A model generated the notes under the pieces. It was not told where the DNA came from. It did not search any database and saw only the letters and a program-made list of their open reading frames with translations. The position numbers and the translations under genes were made by a program. 64,000 bases of DNA, taken from assembly GCF_048593235.1 (NCBI RefSeq), contig NC_133622.1, forward strand, positions 196,695,198 to 196,759,197, in the 5' to 3' direction. The stretch comes from Sminthopsis crassicaudata (taxonomy: Eukaryota). This document shows, one piece after another, positions 12,672 to 24,220 of the stretch (its first letter is position 1; every line of letters begins with the position of its first letter).

Positions 12672-14375
12672 GTTGAGGTTTTTCTTCACTAGCTTTCAGT
12701 GATCCCAAGATCTGGGGAAATATTGAACCGGTGTACTGGACTTTAGCAGTATAATCCCCTGATTATGTGAAAGCCCCGTCACCAGCTACTCAAGGTCTCT
12801 TTATAAGAGCTCCCGCCCTCCCCCGAGAATTTGTAATCCTTACTGAAAATTCACGAAACTACGGTCCCAATTGGAGCGTGAAAAGACCCATTGGCTGCAT
12901 GTCAGGTTCTGCACTTTGTGTTTAGAACTTTGTGATTGCAATGCAAGCTTTTTCAGACTCTTGCACATCTATGCCTTTCTTCACAGATAAAATCCTACGC
13001 TTCTTTTCCAATCTAACTGTCCTAGGAAGGCATCCTGATAATCCCTGACCATCTCCTCCCCTAGAACTCCGCTTCGCACTTCCCAGTAGAGCTCCAGGTA
13101 GCTTATTCCGGAATATCTAGTGCTATCTTTATCCAGGCGGCGCTTCCTCCCTTCTAGGTGGGAAACAGCTGCAGGAGGTTTTACCTTTGAGGTCCCAGTC
13201 ACAGGGATCTGCTCGCAATAGGGACTCATTAGGCAGCCGTGTGTCTGGCTCTCTCGGAGCCCCGGGAATACAAAGAGAAAGCACTTTACCAATGTCTTGG
13301 AAAAGCCAACGCCTTTTTAGTACACAAGGTAGACATGCTGATTAATGGTTGGAATACTACCATGGATTCTTCTTCGTGGATTCCTTAACGGATACTGGCA
13401 AGTGTTACAGGAACCTGAAACCTTCATTACGCCTGTAATCTACTGAAACATTGGTGTCTATTTCTCATGAGACTGCTGCACTCTTTTGCCAATTCACGAA
13501 TCTTATGTCTTTTGTCTGGGAGATATCATATGCGGCCCAGAAAATAAAATCCGCGTGGGCCATTCAAAAAATATACTCTGGGCAATTGCTGCAAATTAGC
13601 TTACAAAAAAAGGTTCTAAATTTCTGTTTGGCTCTGTCCTCTGAGAAGGAGGAGCTTCTCTTTGAAGTAAATAATAAACGTATCCAATTTATACTTCTTT
13701 CCATTTCATTCGTTAAGTTTTATTTCTTGGCTTCCACTGTCGATGGAGCACAGTCCTTTGGTCTTCAGAGCTTTAATGGATTGAGGATTTCCTCTATGAG
13801 GGGGTATCACGACGACAGAAAATGAAAATCATCCTCTCATCCTCAGTCTTTTGGGCAATTCTGTCCGCCACTCCTCCAGTTCCGTGGACATTTCCGGGTT
13901 TAGGAGGGCAGTCCGTCAGCTGTCCCACGTGAGACCTCTTGGTAAAAGGAATTTTCAAAATCAATTTTCTAGCTGTACTGAGTTGAAGGGAGTAGGGATG
14001 GAATGAGGTACCAACTTGTCTTCTTGGGACATTTTTTTTTTTTTTTCGTAAAGAACATTTGTCCAGGAACCTAGAGAGTTGTTTTCCAAGGAGAAACGTG
14101 GGGAAACACTGGAATGTGGGTTACTGGGACTGAGTTGGTTTCAGGGAATTAGGGAATATAAACCTTGGATGGTAAACTCAGTTCCTCTAGGGAAAAGATT
14201 TTTTTTTTTTTTTAAGTTCAATTTTTTTTTTTTTTTTCAATTTTTTTTTTAACCCAGTCATTTCAAGAAGTACTTCCTCATAAGTTCTTCCTTGTAATCA
14301 CCACAAAGCTTTTCCAGTTTGATAGACACTTTCAGTGAGGAAGCTAGTTTGCTTTTTTTTTTTTTTTTCTTCTTC

Positions 14376-14588
14376 AAAGTATGGTTCTAAAATCCTCTAG
14401 ATTATCTAGATCAAAGCTTTTTAATTGTGGATGGAAACCCTTTATGGGATCGCATAATTGAATGGGTAGAGGTCCTGAAATTATAATTTATCAGTTAATG
14501 TTATACCTGTTTTAGGTAGTTATTTACCTGGGGTCCAGTAAAAATTTGTGGAGTGAAAAGGGGTCACAAGTGGAAAAAGTTTAAGTAA
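14376..14588 (+). repeat. 213-bp direct repeat, copy 1
   Basis: Identical by eye to 15158-15370 (AAAGTATGGTTCT...GTTTAAGTAA), offset 782. Confidence 0.95.
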
Positions 14589-15157
14589 GGGCCCTTTAAA
14601 TGGGCGGACACAGTGCATCGGGATTGAGGCCCAGAAGTAATTTCTGTGGATATTAGGACTGCCCTTGGGCGGGATCCTGGCCATATTGAGATAGTTTCGT
14701 AATGGGTGACTCTCTCGCTGATTGGCTGTGTGTGTGACCTCACAGGCCCTATATAAGCCCACTGCAGGCAGCAACCGCCCTCTTTAACCTCCTGCTGTTC
14801 ACCCTGGCTCCTAGCCTGGGTGGCCAAGCCAAGATGGGTAGCCGAAAGAGGTAAGGATTTTGGTAGTGAACACATGGGTCTTCTGACCAGGTGTTCACCA
14901 GGGAACCAACAAGTCAGGGCATCAGTTAGGGCATTATGTGAGTAGGTATAATAAAGGCTTTTAAGATTACATGTGGTTGTTCTTGAGTGCGCTACCGGTT
15001 ACTAAGCTATAGATTCAAGAGATTGTGGCCAGAGACCTTAGAAGGCCTCAGAGGAGGCGAGCCGGGTAGAGCTCACACTGCAAAGGACAGTGGTCAAAGG
15101 TACTCTGGTGGGTCTAGGACAGACTAGTAATTGTAACTGCCAGGAGAGCACGTTACA
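14585..15157 (+). mobile_element. solo ERV LTR (~573 bp)
   Basis: Ends (T)GTAAGG...CGTTACA (TGTAA/TTACA termini, first T missing); GC box about 14687, reverse CCAAT 14721-14725, TATATAA 14750-14756, AATAAA 14950-14955; more GC/CpG-rich than flanks. Confidence 0.85.
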
Positions 15158-15370
15158 AAAGTATGGTTCTAAAATCCTCTAGATTATCTAGATCAAAGCT
15201 TTTTAATTGTGGATGGAAACCCTTTATGGGATCGCATAATTGAATGGGTAGAGGTCCTGAAATTATAATTTATCAGTTAATGTTATACCTGTTTTAGGTA
15301 GTTATTTACCTGGGGTCCAGTAAAAATTTGTGGAGTGAAAAGGGGTCACAAGTGGAAAAAGTTTAAGTAA
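15158..15370 (+). repeat. 213-bp direct repeat, copy 2 (contains an hAT-MITE-like relic that appears complete at about 15378)
   Basis: Identical to 14376-14588; internal GGGGTCACAAG...AAAAAGTTTAAGTAATGCTCTAG resembles a MER/Charlie-type hAT end. Confidence 0.9.
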
Positions 15371-15989
15371 TGCTCTAGATTACACCTAACACTTCACCAT
15401 GGTGCCCCGAACATTCCATTAGAAAAAGAAGAAAAAAATTCTCGTTTTATCCAAATAAAAATTTTTTACAACATCAAATTGAGTAAATCTTAAAATGCCA
15501 GGTACCCAGCGACTAGTAGTTTGAAATTGCATCTGAGATGTAAATGAATCTCCTTAAATTTTTCATTTAAGCTCAAGATTTCTGGTGTTTTCTAATATTC
15601 CATCTCACAGGCCCGAGTCTTAGCCAGCTCCCTATTCCCAAAGTAGTCTTCCAGCCTCTATTTGAAGATTTTGAATAGAAAACTGTTCCTTAAGCAGCTC
15701 ATTCGCGTTTTCTTTTTTAAAATAACTTACATTCCTACTTTTAAAAGTATTGATATAACCATTTTCAAATATATCCCTTCTGCCAACCTCAATGATTTGG
15801 TCAGGAGAAGCACAAATTTTACTGCTAATTGGATAATGTATAGAGGCCAAGGCCAAGAATTAAAACCTTTTTGAATTCAAGTCTGTGCTAGCTTTTTGAA
15901 TTCAAGTCTGAACAAATTATTTAACCGTTTGCCTCAGTTGCATCTTTAGTAAAATGTGGGGAAAGAAATGAAAAACCACTCCGTTGTAT

Positions 15990-16730
15990 TTTTAATTCAA
16001 TATAAAATTTAATATTTCCTCCATAACATGTATAAACAATTTTTAACATTTTTATTTTGAGTTCCAAATTTTCTCCTTTCCTACTGCCTCTTCTTCACCC
16101 TCGCTGAGAAGACAAGCAATTTGATGCAGATTATAAATGGGCATCATGAAAAACATATTTCCCTCTTAGTCACATTGTGAAAGAAAACAGACCAAAAAAT
16201 AACCACCCAAGAAAATTTAAAAAGTATGATTTGATCTGTATTTAGATTCCATAAGTTCTCTGTAGATTGCATTTTCATCATAAGACCTTCAAAATTGTCT
16301 TGGATCTGCTGAATTGCTGAAAATAAGCAAAGTCTACAGTTGATCATTATACAATATTTCTGTCACCGAATAGAATGTTCTTCTGGTCCTGTTTAATTCA
16401 CTTTGCATCATATAAGTCTTCCTAGGTTTTTCTGAGTTCATTCTACTTGTCATTTCTTACAGGACAATTGTCTTCTCTCACAATCACAACACTTGTGCAG
16501 ACATTCCCCGATTGATGGGCATTTCCTCAATTTCCAATTTGTCACCATCAAAATGCTTTATTATTTTTTTCTGGCATGAGTCCGCAGGCCTCGCCCCTTT
16601 TAATCTCTTTGGGATATGCTTTTATAACAATAGTTTCAAATCCCTCCACAAATTCTTCTATAGCCTAACAGTGCATAATTGTCTCCATTTTACCACATTC
16701 CTTCCATCGTTTGTCATTTTTTGTTACATT
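15990..16730 (-). mobile_element. old L1 3' end / ORF2 C-terminal fragment
   Basis: CCCCGATTGATGGGCATTTCCTCAATTTCCAATT and related antisense ORF2 C-terminal motifs after a 3' UTR-like segment. Confidence 0.7.
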
Positions 16731-17377
16731 AGCTAATGTGGTAGGTGTAAGGTGGTAGCTCAGAACTTTTAATTTTGATTTACGTCTATAGTTTTGATTT
16801 TGGCATCTGTTGACTGATTAGAACTGCCTGTTCATATCCTTATGACCATTAATTCAGGAATAGCACATTTTTATAAATTTGACTAGTTCTCTATAATTAT
16901 CATTCACCCAGTACATTCTCAAAAGGTATTTCGCTTCTGCTTTTTCTCTCTCAAAATCATCTTTCCCTTTTATCATCTTCCTCCCCGCCCTTTATCCTAT
17001 TTTCTTTAGGGGAAGATAGAGTTCTATGCCCAACCACCAGTCCAAGATCTTTGGAAGGAAACCTCAGCTGGGGTCACGTCGAGTTGAACACGATTGAAAA
17101 ACGACTGGACTACAATACCTGCTCTACATTTGAATGGAACGCGAGTTCTTAAAATAACAAAAATGAATTTCAACTGATTCCCTTATTTGAATAAGGAAAG
17201 GTACAAAGGCTGTAAAGCTCTCGCACAGAATGAGGGCTAGAGTGTTGTCAATTTGGCTAGAAATTGATGGGGAATCATTCGAGATTGAGTCATGTCTTGA
17301 ATATCAGAATCCGGAGTCTACGCTTTACATAGTGGACAATGAGGGGTCCTTGGAGTGTAATTTTTTTTGATAAAAAA

Positions 17378-17520
17378 NNNNNNNNNNNNNNNNNNNNNNN
17401 NNNNNNNNNNNNNNNNNNNNNNNNNNNNNNNNNNNNNNNNNNNNNNNNNNNNNNNNNNNNNNNNNNNNNNNNNNNNNNNNNNNNNNNNNNNNNNNNNNNN
17501 NNNNNNNNNNNNNNNNNNNN
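17378..17520. other. assembly gap (143 N)
   Basis: Run of N. Confidence 1.
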
Positions 17521-17779
17521 CCCAATCCCCACCCTCACATTTCCTCCTTCCTTCCCAAGTCTCAGAAAAGCTGGGTGGAAAATCTCTTCTGCGATTCTTA
17601 ATTCTCGTTACTTTGCGTAAGGAACAATTTCCTTGGTTTCTCTTCGGTTTTCTTTCATTGCTATTAAGTCGACTCCTTTCAGTCTTTTCAGTCTTTTACC
17701 TTACTATTCTCCGGCATTCTGCAACACGAAGACTTGGACATCCAACATTTCTAGATAGCAAATTGGAACTACGACCAAG

Positions 17780-17963
17780 AGGCTATAACACTGGGCATGC
17801 CCTTTGACCAGCAGTGCCGTTCCTGAGTCTGTATGGCAAGTAAATCATTAAGGAGGGAACAGGACCCACATGTGCAAAAATGTTTGAAGCATCTCTTTTG
17901 TGGCAGCCCATCAATGGGGGAATGGCTAAATAAGTTGTGGTATATGTAAATAATGGATTGTTC

Positions 17964-17998
<35 letters not shown>

Positions 17999-18230
17999 AA
18001 CAAGCCGATTTTAGAAAGGCCTGGAAAGATTTACATGAACTGATGCTGAGCGAAACAAGCAGAACCAAGAATACCTTGTACACAATAACGGCAGGAATGT
18101 GCGATGATCAACTATGAAAGACTTGGTTCTTCTCAGTGGCTCAGTGATCCAAGGCAATCCCAATGGACTTTGGATAGAAAATACCATCTGCATTCAGAAA
18201 AAGAACTAAGACGAAGTATGTCAATACTCC
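17780..18230 (+). mobile_element. L1 ORF2 C-terminus / 3' UTR fragment
   Basis: CCCTTTGACCAGCAGTG...GGACCCACATGTGCAAAAATGTTTG...GAATGGCTAAATAAGTTGTGGTATATG; degenerate version of the frame at 34592-34933. Confidence 0.85.
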
Positions 18231-18269
18231 TCTTACTCTCTCCCCATGGTTTTTCCCTTTTGCTCTCAT

Positions 18270-18800
18270 TTAAAACTTTTTAAAAATTAATTTTATAATT
18301 ATAACATTTTTTTGACAGTACATATGCACAGGTAATTTTTTACATTATCCTTTGTACTCCCTTCTGTTCTGAATTTTTCCCCTCCTTCCCTCCACCTCCT
18401 CCCCTAGATGGCAGGCATTCCCATACATATTAAATATAGTATATCCTAGGTACAATATATATGTGCAGGACCGAATTTCGTTGTTGTTGCAAAAGAAGAA
18501 TTGGATTCGGAAGGTAAAAATAATCTGGGGAGAAAAACAAAAAATGCTAACAGTTTACATTCATTTCCCAGTGTTCCTTTTCTGGATGTAGCTGATTCTG
18601 TCCATCATTGATCAATTGGAATTGGATTAGCTCTTCTCCATGTTGAAGATATCCACTTCCATCAGAACACATCCTCGTACAGTATCATTGTTGAAGTGTA
18701 TAACGATCTCCTAGTTCTGCTCGTTTCTCTCAGCATCAGTTGATGTCTCTCCAAGCTGCTCTGTATTCATCCTGTTGGTCATTTCTTACAGAAATCCCAA
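18270..18800 (-). mobile_element. L1 3' UTR with tail (younger subfamily)
   Basis: Highly similar to the copies at 21665-21925, 33807-34160 and 50032-50421. Confidence 0.88.
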
Positions 18801-19246
18801 CACGATTCATAAAGCAATATACTAGGAAAAAATATACTCAGACATTGTCCTCCCTGTTGTTAGCCTGCACACTATATTCCAAATCCAGAGGCTGAATTTC
18901 AGGGGTCTCCCATGATTTTAAACCTCTTCCTCCCCACCGCCACCTCTTCGATTCCCTGAGATCTCTGCAAGAAACATTCCCCATCTTAACAAGAGAATGC
19001 CAATGATCTACATCGTATTTTGAATTTGTGTTTTGTTTGTAATCGTTTCCCAACTGACTGGGAGCTGCTAGAGAGCGAGGTCCGTATTTCCTCTTTCTTT
19101 GTAATCTAAGTCCTTAGTACAGGACCAGGCATCTAATTCGTAGTAGCTGACCAGACAACTGACGTCCGCTCCAGCTCCGATCCCTCCTCAAAGGAATATT
19201 ACTTTCTTTCTCTCAGGAAACAAGTGAGGAGAATGAAAGAAAAATC

Positions 19247-19320
19247 AGGCCCCGCTGGGATTCGAACCCAGGATCTCCTGTTTACTAGACAGGCGCTTTA
19301 ACCAGCTAAGCCACGGAGCC
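19247..19320 (-). tRNA. TRNAT-AGU: tRNA-Thr (AGT)
   Basis: Reverse complement GGCTCCGTGGCTTAGCTGGTTAAAGCGCCTGTCTAGTAAACAGGAGATCCTGGGTTCGAATCCCAGCGGGGCCT, 74 nt, cloverleaf, T-run 2 nt downstream. Confidence 0.99.
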
Positions 19321-20536
19321 AAGAACTTGCTCGCTTTTCCATTCAAGCAAGGAAGAAAAAAAGGAAAAAGAAAACCCCATCCATATGTGCTTTGACTTTC
19401 CCTTTCCTGCCCTGCCAGTTTCCCGCGCACACCAAAATCACTAGCACTTTTCCTTTCTCCTTCCGCTCCGCCCCCACACAACTCGCCCACTCCTTCCTCT
19501 CCCCTTCCCTGGCCTACAACGCCAACGCCTCAGCCGCACATTCCTGCTCCCTAGTCCGTGCACTCCCCTCCACCTTCTCCTCTCTCCTCTGCTTCTCTCC
19601 TCCACCCCTCGCCCTACCCAGGGGCCCTCTGCTCTCTGCATCCGGCCCCTCCTTCGCCCGCAGCCCCGACCCCGGCAGTGCGGGACAGCCCGCAGCTAAC
19701 TAGCCTGGCTGGAAACGAGCTAGAGCGCCAATTCCCGTGTACTCCTAGGGGCACCGAGCACTGAGGCGGAGCCGACTGGACCCCGCCCGACACCCCGACG
19801 CTGGGCCGGGCCGGGCCGGAACAAGAGCTGGAAAGGCGAAAACCAGAAACGCTCCCACTCCCTGCCTTTCCGCGACCCTGGACAGAACCTAAGGGAGCCT
19901 TCCTCCCGTCCATCAGCTAGCTCCGTCCCGAACGCTGCGCGTGCCCCCGACAGTCGCCCGCACCCGGCCCCTCCTTCTGGCGCCCTTCTGTGACCGCTTT
20001 CCTTTCAGGGGGTTTCAGACCGTTGGCACTGCGGGAAAGATCTGGGAAGGGCCCTAAAAAGAGAGCGCAGGTAGCGTGACTATCCACCGGTTAGTTTCCT
20101 TTTGCTTCCTGCGACACTTTATCTTAACCTGGCGGCAGGCTCAGATGCCAGTTTTCTGAGGGCACCCCACCAAGAGAACCTGTTTTTGGATTTCCCCCTC
20201 CCCCCATCTGAGTTTAAAGAGGGAGGGAAAGGAGAGTTGTAAAGGGCAATTTCTCCATCTGCGCCCAAGGAAAAGTGTTCTTTGGTTCCGCGGCCGGGCG
20301 AGTAACTTCCAGTCCCGCCGTCCTCTCCGCCCCTGTCCCTTCTCCTGGACAGGACACACTGAACAAATGTGCCAGCAGCCCTTTCCCATCATCTTAGCAG
20401 CCCGGATCTGGGGCTTTTGCAGCCTAAAAGCGACGGGTCAAAAAAAAAAAAAAAAAGACTCGCCTCTGAAAGGATCCCCCGTCCCCTTTGGGTTAAACAC
20501 TTTCAGGGCGAGACGCAGACTGAGCAGTACCAAGTC

Positions 20537-20618
20537 TGGTAAGCGCGGGGATTCGAACGCGGCTGCATAGCACCCTCTTCTCTACAAACGAGAGGCTTTA
20601 CCCGCTCAGCCAAATGAC
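20537..20618 (-). pseudogene. decayed type II (Leu-like) tRNA relic with A and B boxes retained
   Basis: Reverse complement GTCATTTGGCTGAGCGGGTAAAGC...GCGTTCGAATCCCCGCGCTTACCA, 82 nt; compare Leu-CAG GTCAGGATGGCCGAGCGGTCTAAGGC...GGTTCGAATCCCACTCCTGACA; acceptor and T stems no longer pair. Confidence 0.55.
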
Positions 20619-21277
20619 AGAAAGCACCCAGCTAACGCTTCGTATAACGGAAGTCGCTAGGAACACGGGCGGCGCCAGCAGCAGCAGCAGCAGCCGCAGT
20701 AGCGGCCCGCCCACTTCCTCCGCCAGACTGCCCGCCCAGCTGCGTCCCTTTCAGGAACGCCCTGGGATCTTCGTTTCCTCCCGCTGAACCCCGAAGCCCG
20801 GCGAGATCGGGGGTCGGGGAGTAGAGACAGGGCACTGTCTGCCTGCCCTGCTTCTCTCCGACCCCGCCACTCTATCCCTGCTCCTTCGCCCTCAGCCAGC
20901 CTCTGCACATGCGCTGCAGCTCGCTCCCCGGGAGGGACGTTCGCCTATTCGGAGCTCTGGGAAACGCCACGGCCCAGACCCGCAGAAAGAAGCCCCTGCC
21001 CGGTGTTGGAGGTAAACTCCCGGGGCCCCGAGTCCTCGCAACCCAACTGAGGCTGCATCTGTCGCTCCGCCAAGAGCCAGCGGGCCAGACAGTCAATCAT
21101 AGCACGCAGTTTCCTGGGAAGGTCGCCGCTTCCATCTACCCTCAGGTCCGAGTCTGGGTCCCACTTGACCACGTGATCGCCCCTGGACCTTAGATTCACT
21201 CACGACCGGCGATCCTGACACTAGTTGTGTAAACGTGTTGGCTGTTAGGATTGCTGCGTGACGCAAGTGGCAGGTTC

Positions 21278-21350
21278 GGGGGATTAGCTCAAATGGTAGA
21301 GCGCTCGCTTAGCATGCGAGAGGTAGCGGGATCGATGCCCGCATCCTCCA
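21278..21350 (+). tRNA. TRNAA-AGC: tRNA-Ala (AGC)
   Basis: Identical to 12599-12671; TTTT immediately downstream. Confidence 0.99.
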
Positions 21351-21664
21351 GTTTTGACTTTCTCCCCTCTCTGTTCTCCTCACCAACTCTCAGCAAGACC
21401 ACCCACTTTTTTTCCCCTCTTATCCGAATCATCATTTTAATGACATTTACACAATAATCTCAATGATGTAAAAGAAAAGACAGTAAAATGAAATTGAGTG
21501 CAATATAATTTTGATGAACAAACTTGGCCCTTGGGAAAAAGATGAAAAAAAAATAATCTTCATTTCCCTTTACTTAAGGAAGAAGTGGAGATAAGGAAGA
21601 AGTGGCATACTTCATGTTCTATCAGACTTAAAGGGGATTTATTTCATTTTGAATTGCATGCCTT

Positions 21665-21925
21665 TGTTTTTTTTTTTTTTAATTTTTATAATTATAACAT
21701 TCTCTTTGGCAGTACATATGCATAGGCAATTTTTTTTAAAACAACATTATCCCTTGTACTCCCTTCTGTTACGAATTTTCCCCTCCTTCCCTCCACCCCC
21801 TCCGGTAGATGGCAGGCATTCCCATACATATTAAATACCTTATAGTATATCCTAGGTACAATATATCTGTGCAGAACCGAATTTTGTTGTTGTTGCAAAG
21901 GCAGGATTGTATTCGGAAGGTAAAC
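21665..21925 (-). mobile_element. L1 3' UTR fragment present in the left arm only
   Basis: Poly-T start plus the same 3' UTR as 18270-18800; absent from the right arm. Confidence 0.88.
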
Positions 21926-23643
21926 CACCCACTTTTCTAGTTTCTCCCCCTCCACCCTGTGCTCGGCCCTACACGCAAGCTCTCACTGAGAAAAGCCTCC
22001 CGAAATCGGAACCTGGGAGAACCATGGATTGGCTACGTCAGGGAAACTTGAGCTAAGAATTACAAACAAAATCCGCGGCAAAAATACTAACGACTGCAGA
22101 AACGAACTTTTCAGCCTCTCTGAAGTCCTGTTTCGAAATTCTTAAGAACTGGTAAAAAGGACTAGCCCCCTTCCTTTCCCAAAAACAATTAGGGGAAAAA
22201 AACAAAAAAAACCCTAATTCTGGAGAAGTCCAGAAGGGCTCGTTTTGGGTAAATTGCTCCAGCCACTCTGGAAAGCAATTTGCACCTTCTCTATCCAATT
22301 TCTAAATTGTACATAGCCTTTGGGCCATGATACCCCTACTAGATATTTAAATTTATAAGTGCAGGAAAGTATAATAAAACTAACATTTCAGACTTCTGAG
22401 AGTTATTGGGTCCAATACCATATCTATCATTGATAGGCCCAGAATTTATGCAAAGTATAATAAGACAATATTTTAAAATTTAAATAAATAAAAATATACA
22501 TATATACACACACTATTCCATATCTGGGTTTAAGAAAAACTTGCACACTTTCAAACGAAGGCGATAGACCTATTTTCTATTAAAAACAGTCCAAAAGCCT
22601 TTGGTTACAAAGGGAAAAAAAAGTCTGTTAAGTATACAGAGGAAATAACATCATGCATAACAATATATTTTGAATGTTTCATCTTTCCCAAATATAAAAT
22701 AATTACTTTGATAGTAAGGACTCTTTCCCTATGGTCTTTCTAGCCTCTGAAATGATTACAGAGTCTAACACATAGTAGGCATCTTAGCTGGACCACGGAC
22801 CATATCAGACTTAGGTCACACAGCTACTCCATGTCAAGTGTCTTAAGACTGCATTTTTACACAGATCTCCTTCCTCCAGGGCCAGTACTCTACACACTAA
22901 TACTAGCTGCCCCCTAACTTGGATTTGTAATAGAAATTCAAGGTTGATTCACGATTAGGAAAATTAAAAACATCCTGCATAAATTTTCCTTTTGTATTAA
23001 AAAGGGGTTGGGGGAGAAATCAAAAGATTACTAATATGAGAAAAAAAAAGTATAGCAAGATAATTAAAATCACAATCTTACTTAAATTTACAGATTTAGT
23101 GCTACATCAAAAAGATACATGTGTGTATATCTAGATGTATATGTGTACACTTATAAAAACAAACTTTTATCTAATACAAGCCAAGAATCTCAGATTTAAC
23201 AATGAAAAAAAGGGGGTGGAGCTACTATTACCATATCTCAAGCTACACTAGGAAGTACTAATTCAATCTGATATTTATAAAATAGAAAAATTGATCAGTG
23301 CTACATATCAGATGCATGAGACCTAGAAGCAACTAGAGTAGCATGAGGAATAGCAAGTCACTTAACCTCTGTTTCCTCATTTATAAAATGAGATATGTAA
23401 AATAGGGCAGTAATGAATGCAAAGTGAAGTATTGCTGGGTAGCAGTCTGGGGATCCTTTCTCCAAAGCATTTGATCAGACAATTCAAACAAGGTCAAACT
23501 ACCAATAAGAAGGAAGGAGGAGTCTCAATGCACTATTAAAAATTAAAACATAACCAAAAGTTACAATTGTTTGTATCAGGGAAAAAAAAACCAAAAAAAC
23601 AAAAAACTGGAATCTCAAGTTCAGAGTCAAAGCCTACTGCCTC

Positions 23644-23814
23644 CAGTGGTCCTCAAACTTTTTAATTAGGGGGCCAGTTCCCTGAGCCTCAGACTGTGGG
23701 AAGGCCGGACTATAGTAAAAACAAAAGCTCACACTGTCTCCGCCCCTCAGCCCATTTGCCATAACCCTGCGGGCGCATAAACGTCCTCAGCGGGCCGCAC
23801 TTTGAGAACCCCTG
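23644..23814 (+). mobile_element. non-autonomous hAT MITE, OposCharlie1 (OC1)-like
   Basis: Terminal inverted repeats CAGTGGTCCTCAAAC ... CTTTGAGAACCCCTG; internal GGGGGCCAGTTC...CCTCAGACTGTGGGAAGGCCGGACTATAGTAAAAAC matches my recollection of OC1 non-autonomous elements; 8-bp TSD not clear. Confidence 0.75.
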
Positions 23815-24009
23815 ACACTATCATTTTTTAAATACTATTTTACTTTTCCAAATACATGCAGGTAAGTTTTCAATATTCACCTTTACAACACCTTGTGATC
23901 CAAATTTTTCTCCTTTTCCCCTTTCTCCCCTCCCCAAGGCAGCCAATCCGATCGCAGGTTAAACATTACACTATTTTTCTATGGTGCCAGAAATGCCAAT
24001 TATGGAGCT

Positions 24010-24220
24010 AGGAATGGTTAGAGCTCCAGCTCTGGATCAGGAAGACTAATCGAGTTCAAATCTGGCCTCAAGACCATGGGCAGGCGATTCAACCTTGTTC
24101 GCCTCAGCTTCCCCATCCATAAAATGAGCTGGAGAAGGAAATGGCAAAACACTCCCAAATCTCTGTCAAGAAAATCAAAGATGGAGTTACGAAAAGTCGG
24201 ACGCGACTGAACAACTAAAG
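24010..24220 (+). mobile_element. MAR1-like CORE-SINE
   Basis: tRNA-derived head (GAGTTCAAATCTGGCCTCA), CORE, GGAGAAGGAAATGGCAAA and RTE tail GAAAAGTCGGACGCGACTGAACAAC. Confidence 0.8.

Larger units (their letters stand above)
19420..21350. promoter_or_regulatory. CpG island between divergent Thr and Ala tRNA genes (left arm)
   Basis: Visibly GC- and CpG-rich in an otherwise CpG-depleted genome; GC boxes, CGGAAGT (20648-20654), short (GCA)n at about 20677-20694, TGACGCAA just upstream of the Ala gene. Confidence 0.85.
19141..22120. repeat. left arm of inverted segmental duplication
   Basis: Aligns to the reverse complement of 24600-27063 from TAGTAGCTGACCAGACAACTGACGTCCGCTCCAGCT to GCAGAAACGAACTTTTCAG; interrupted by about 550 bp of extra sequence (21400-21950) that includes an L1 3' fragment. 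Confidence 0.93.
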
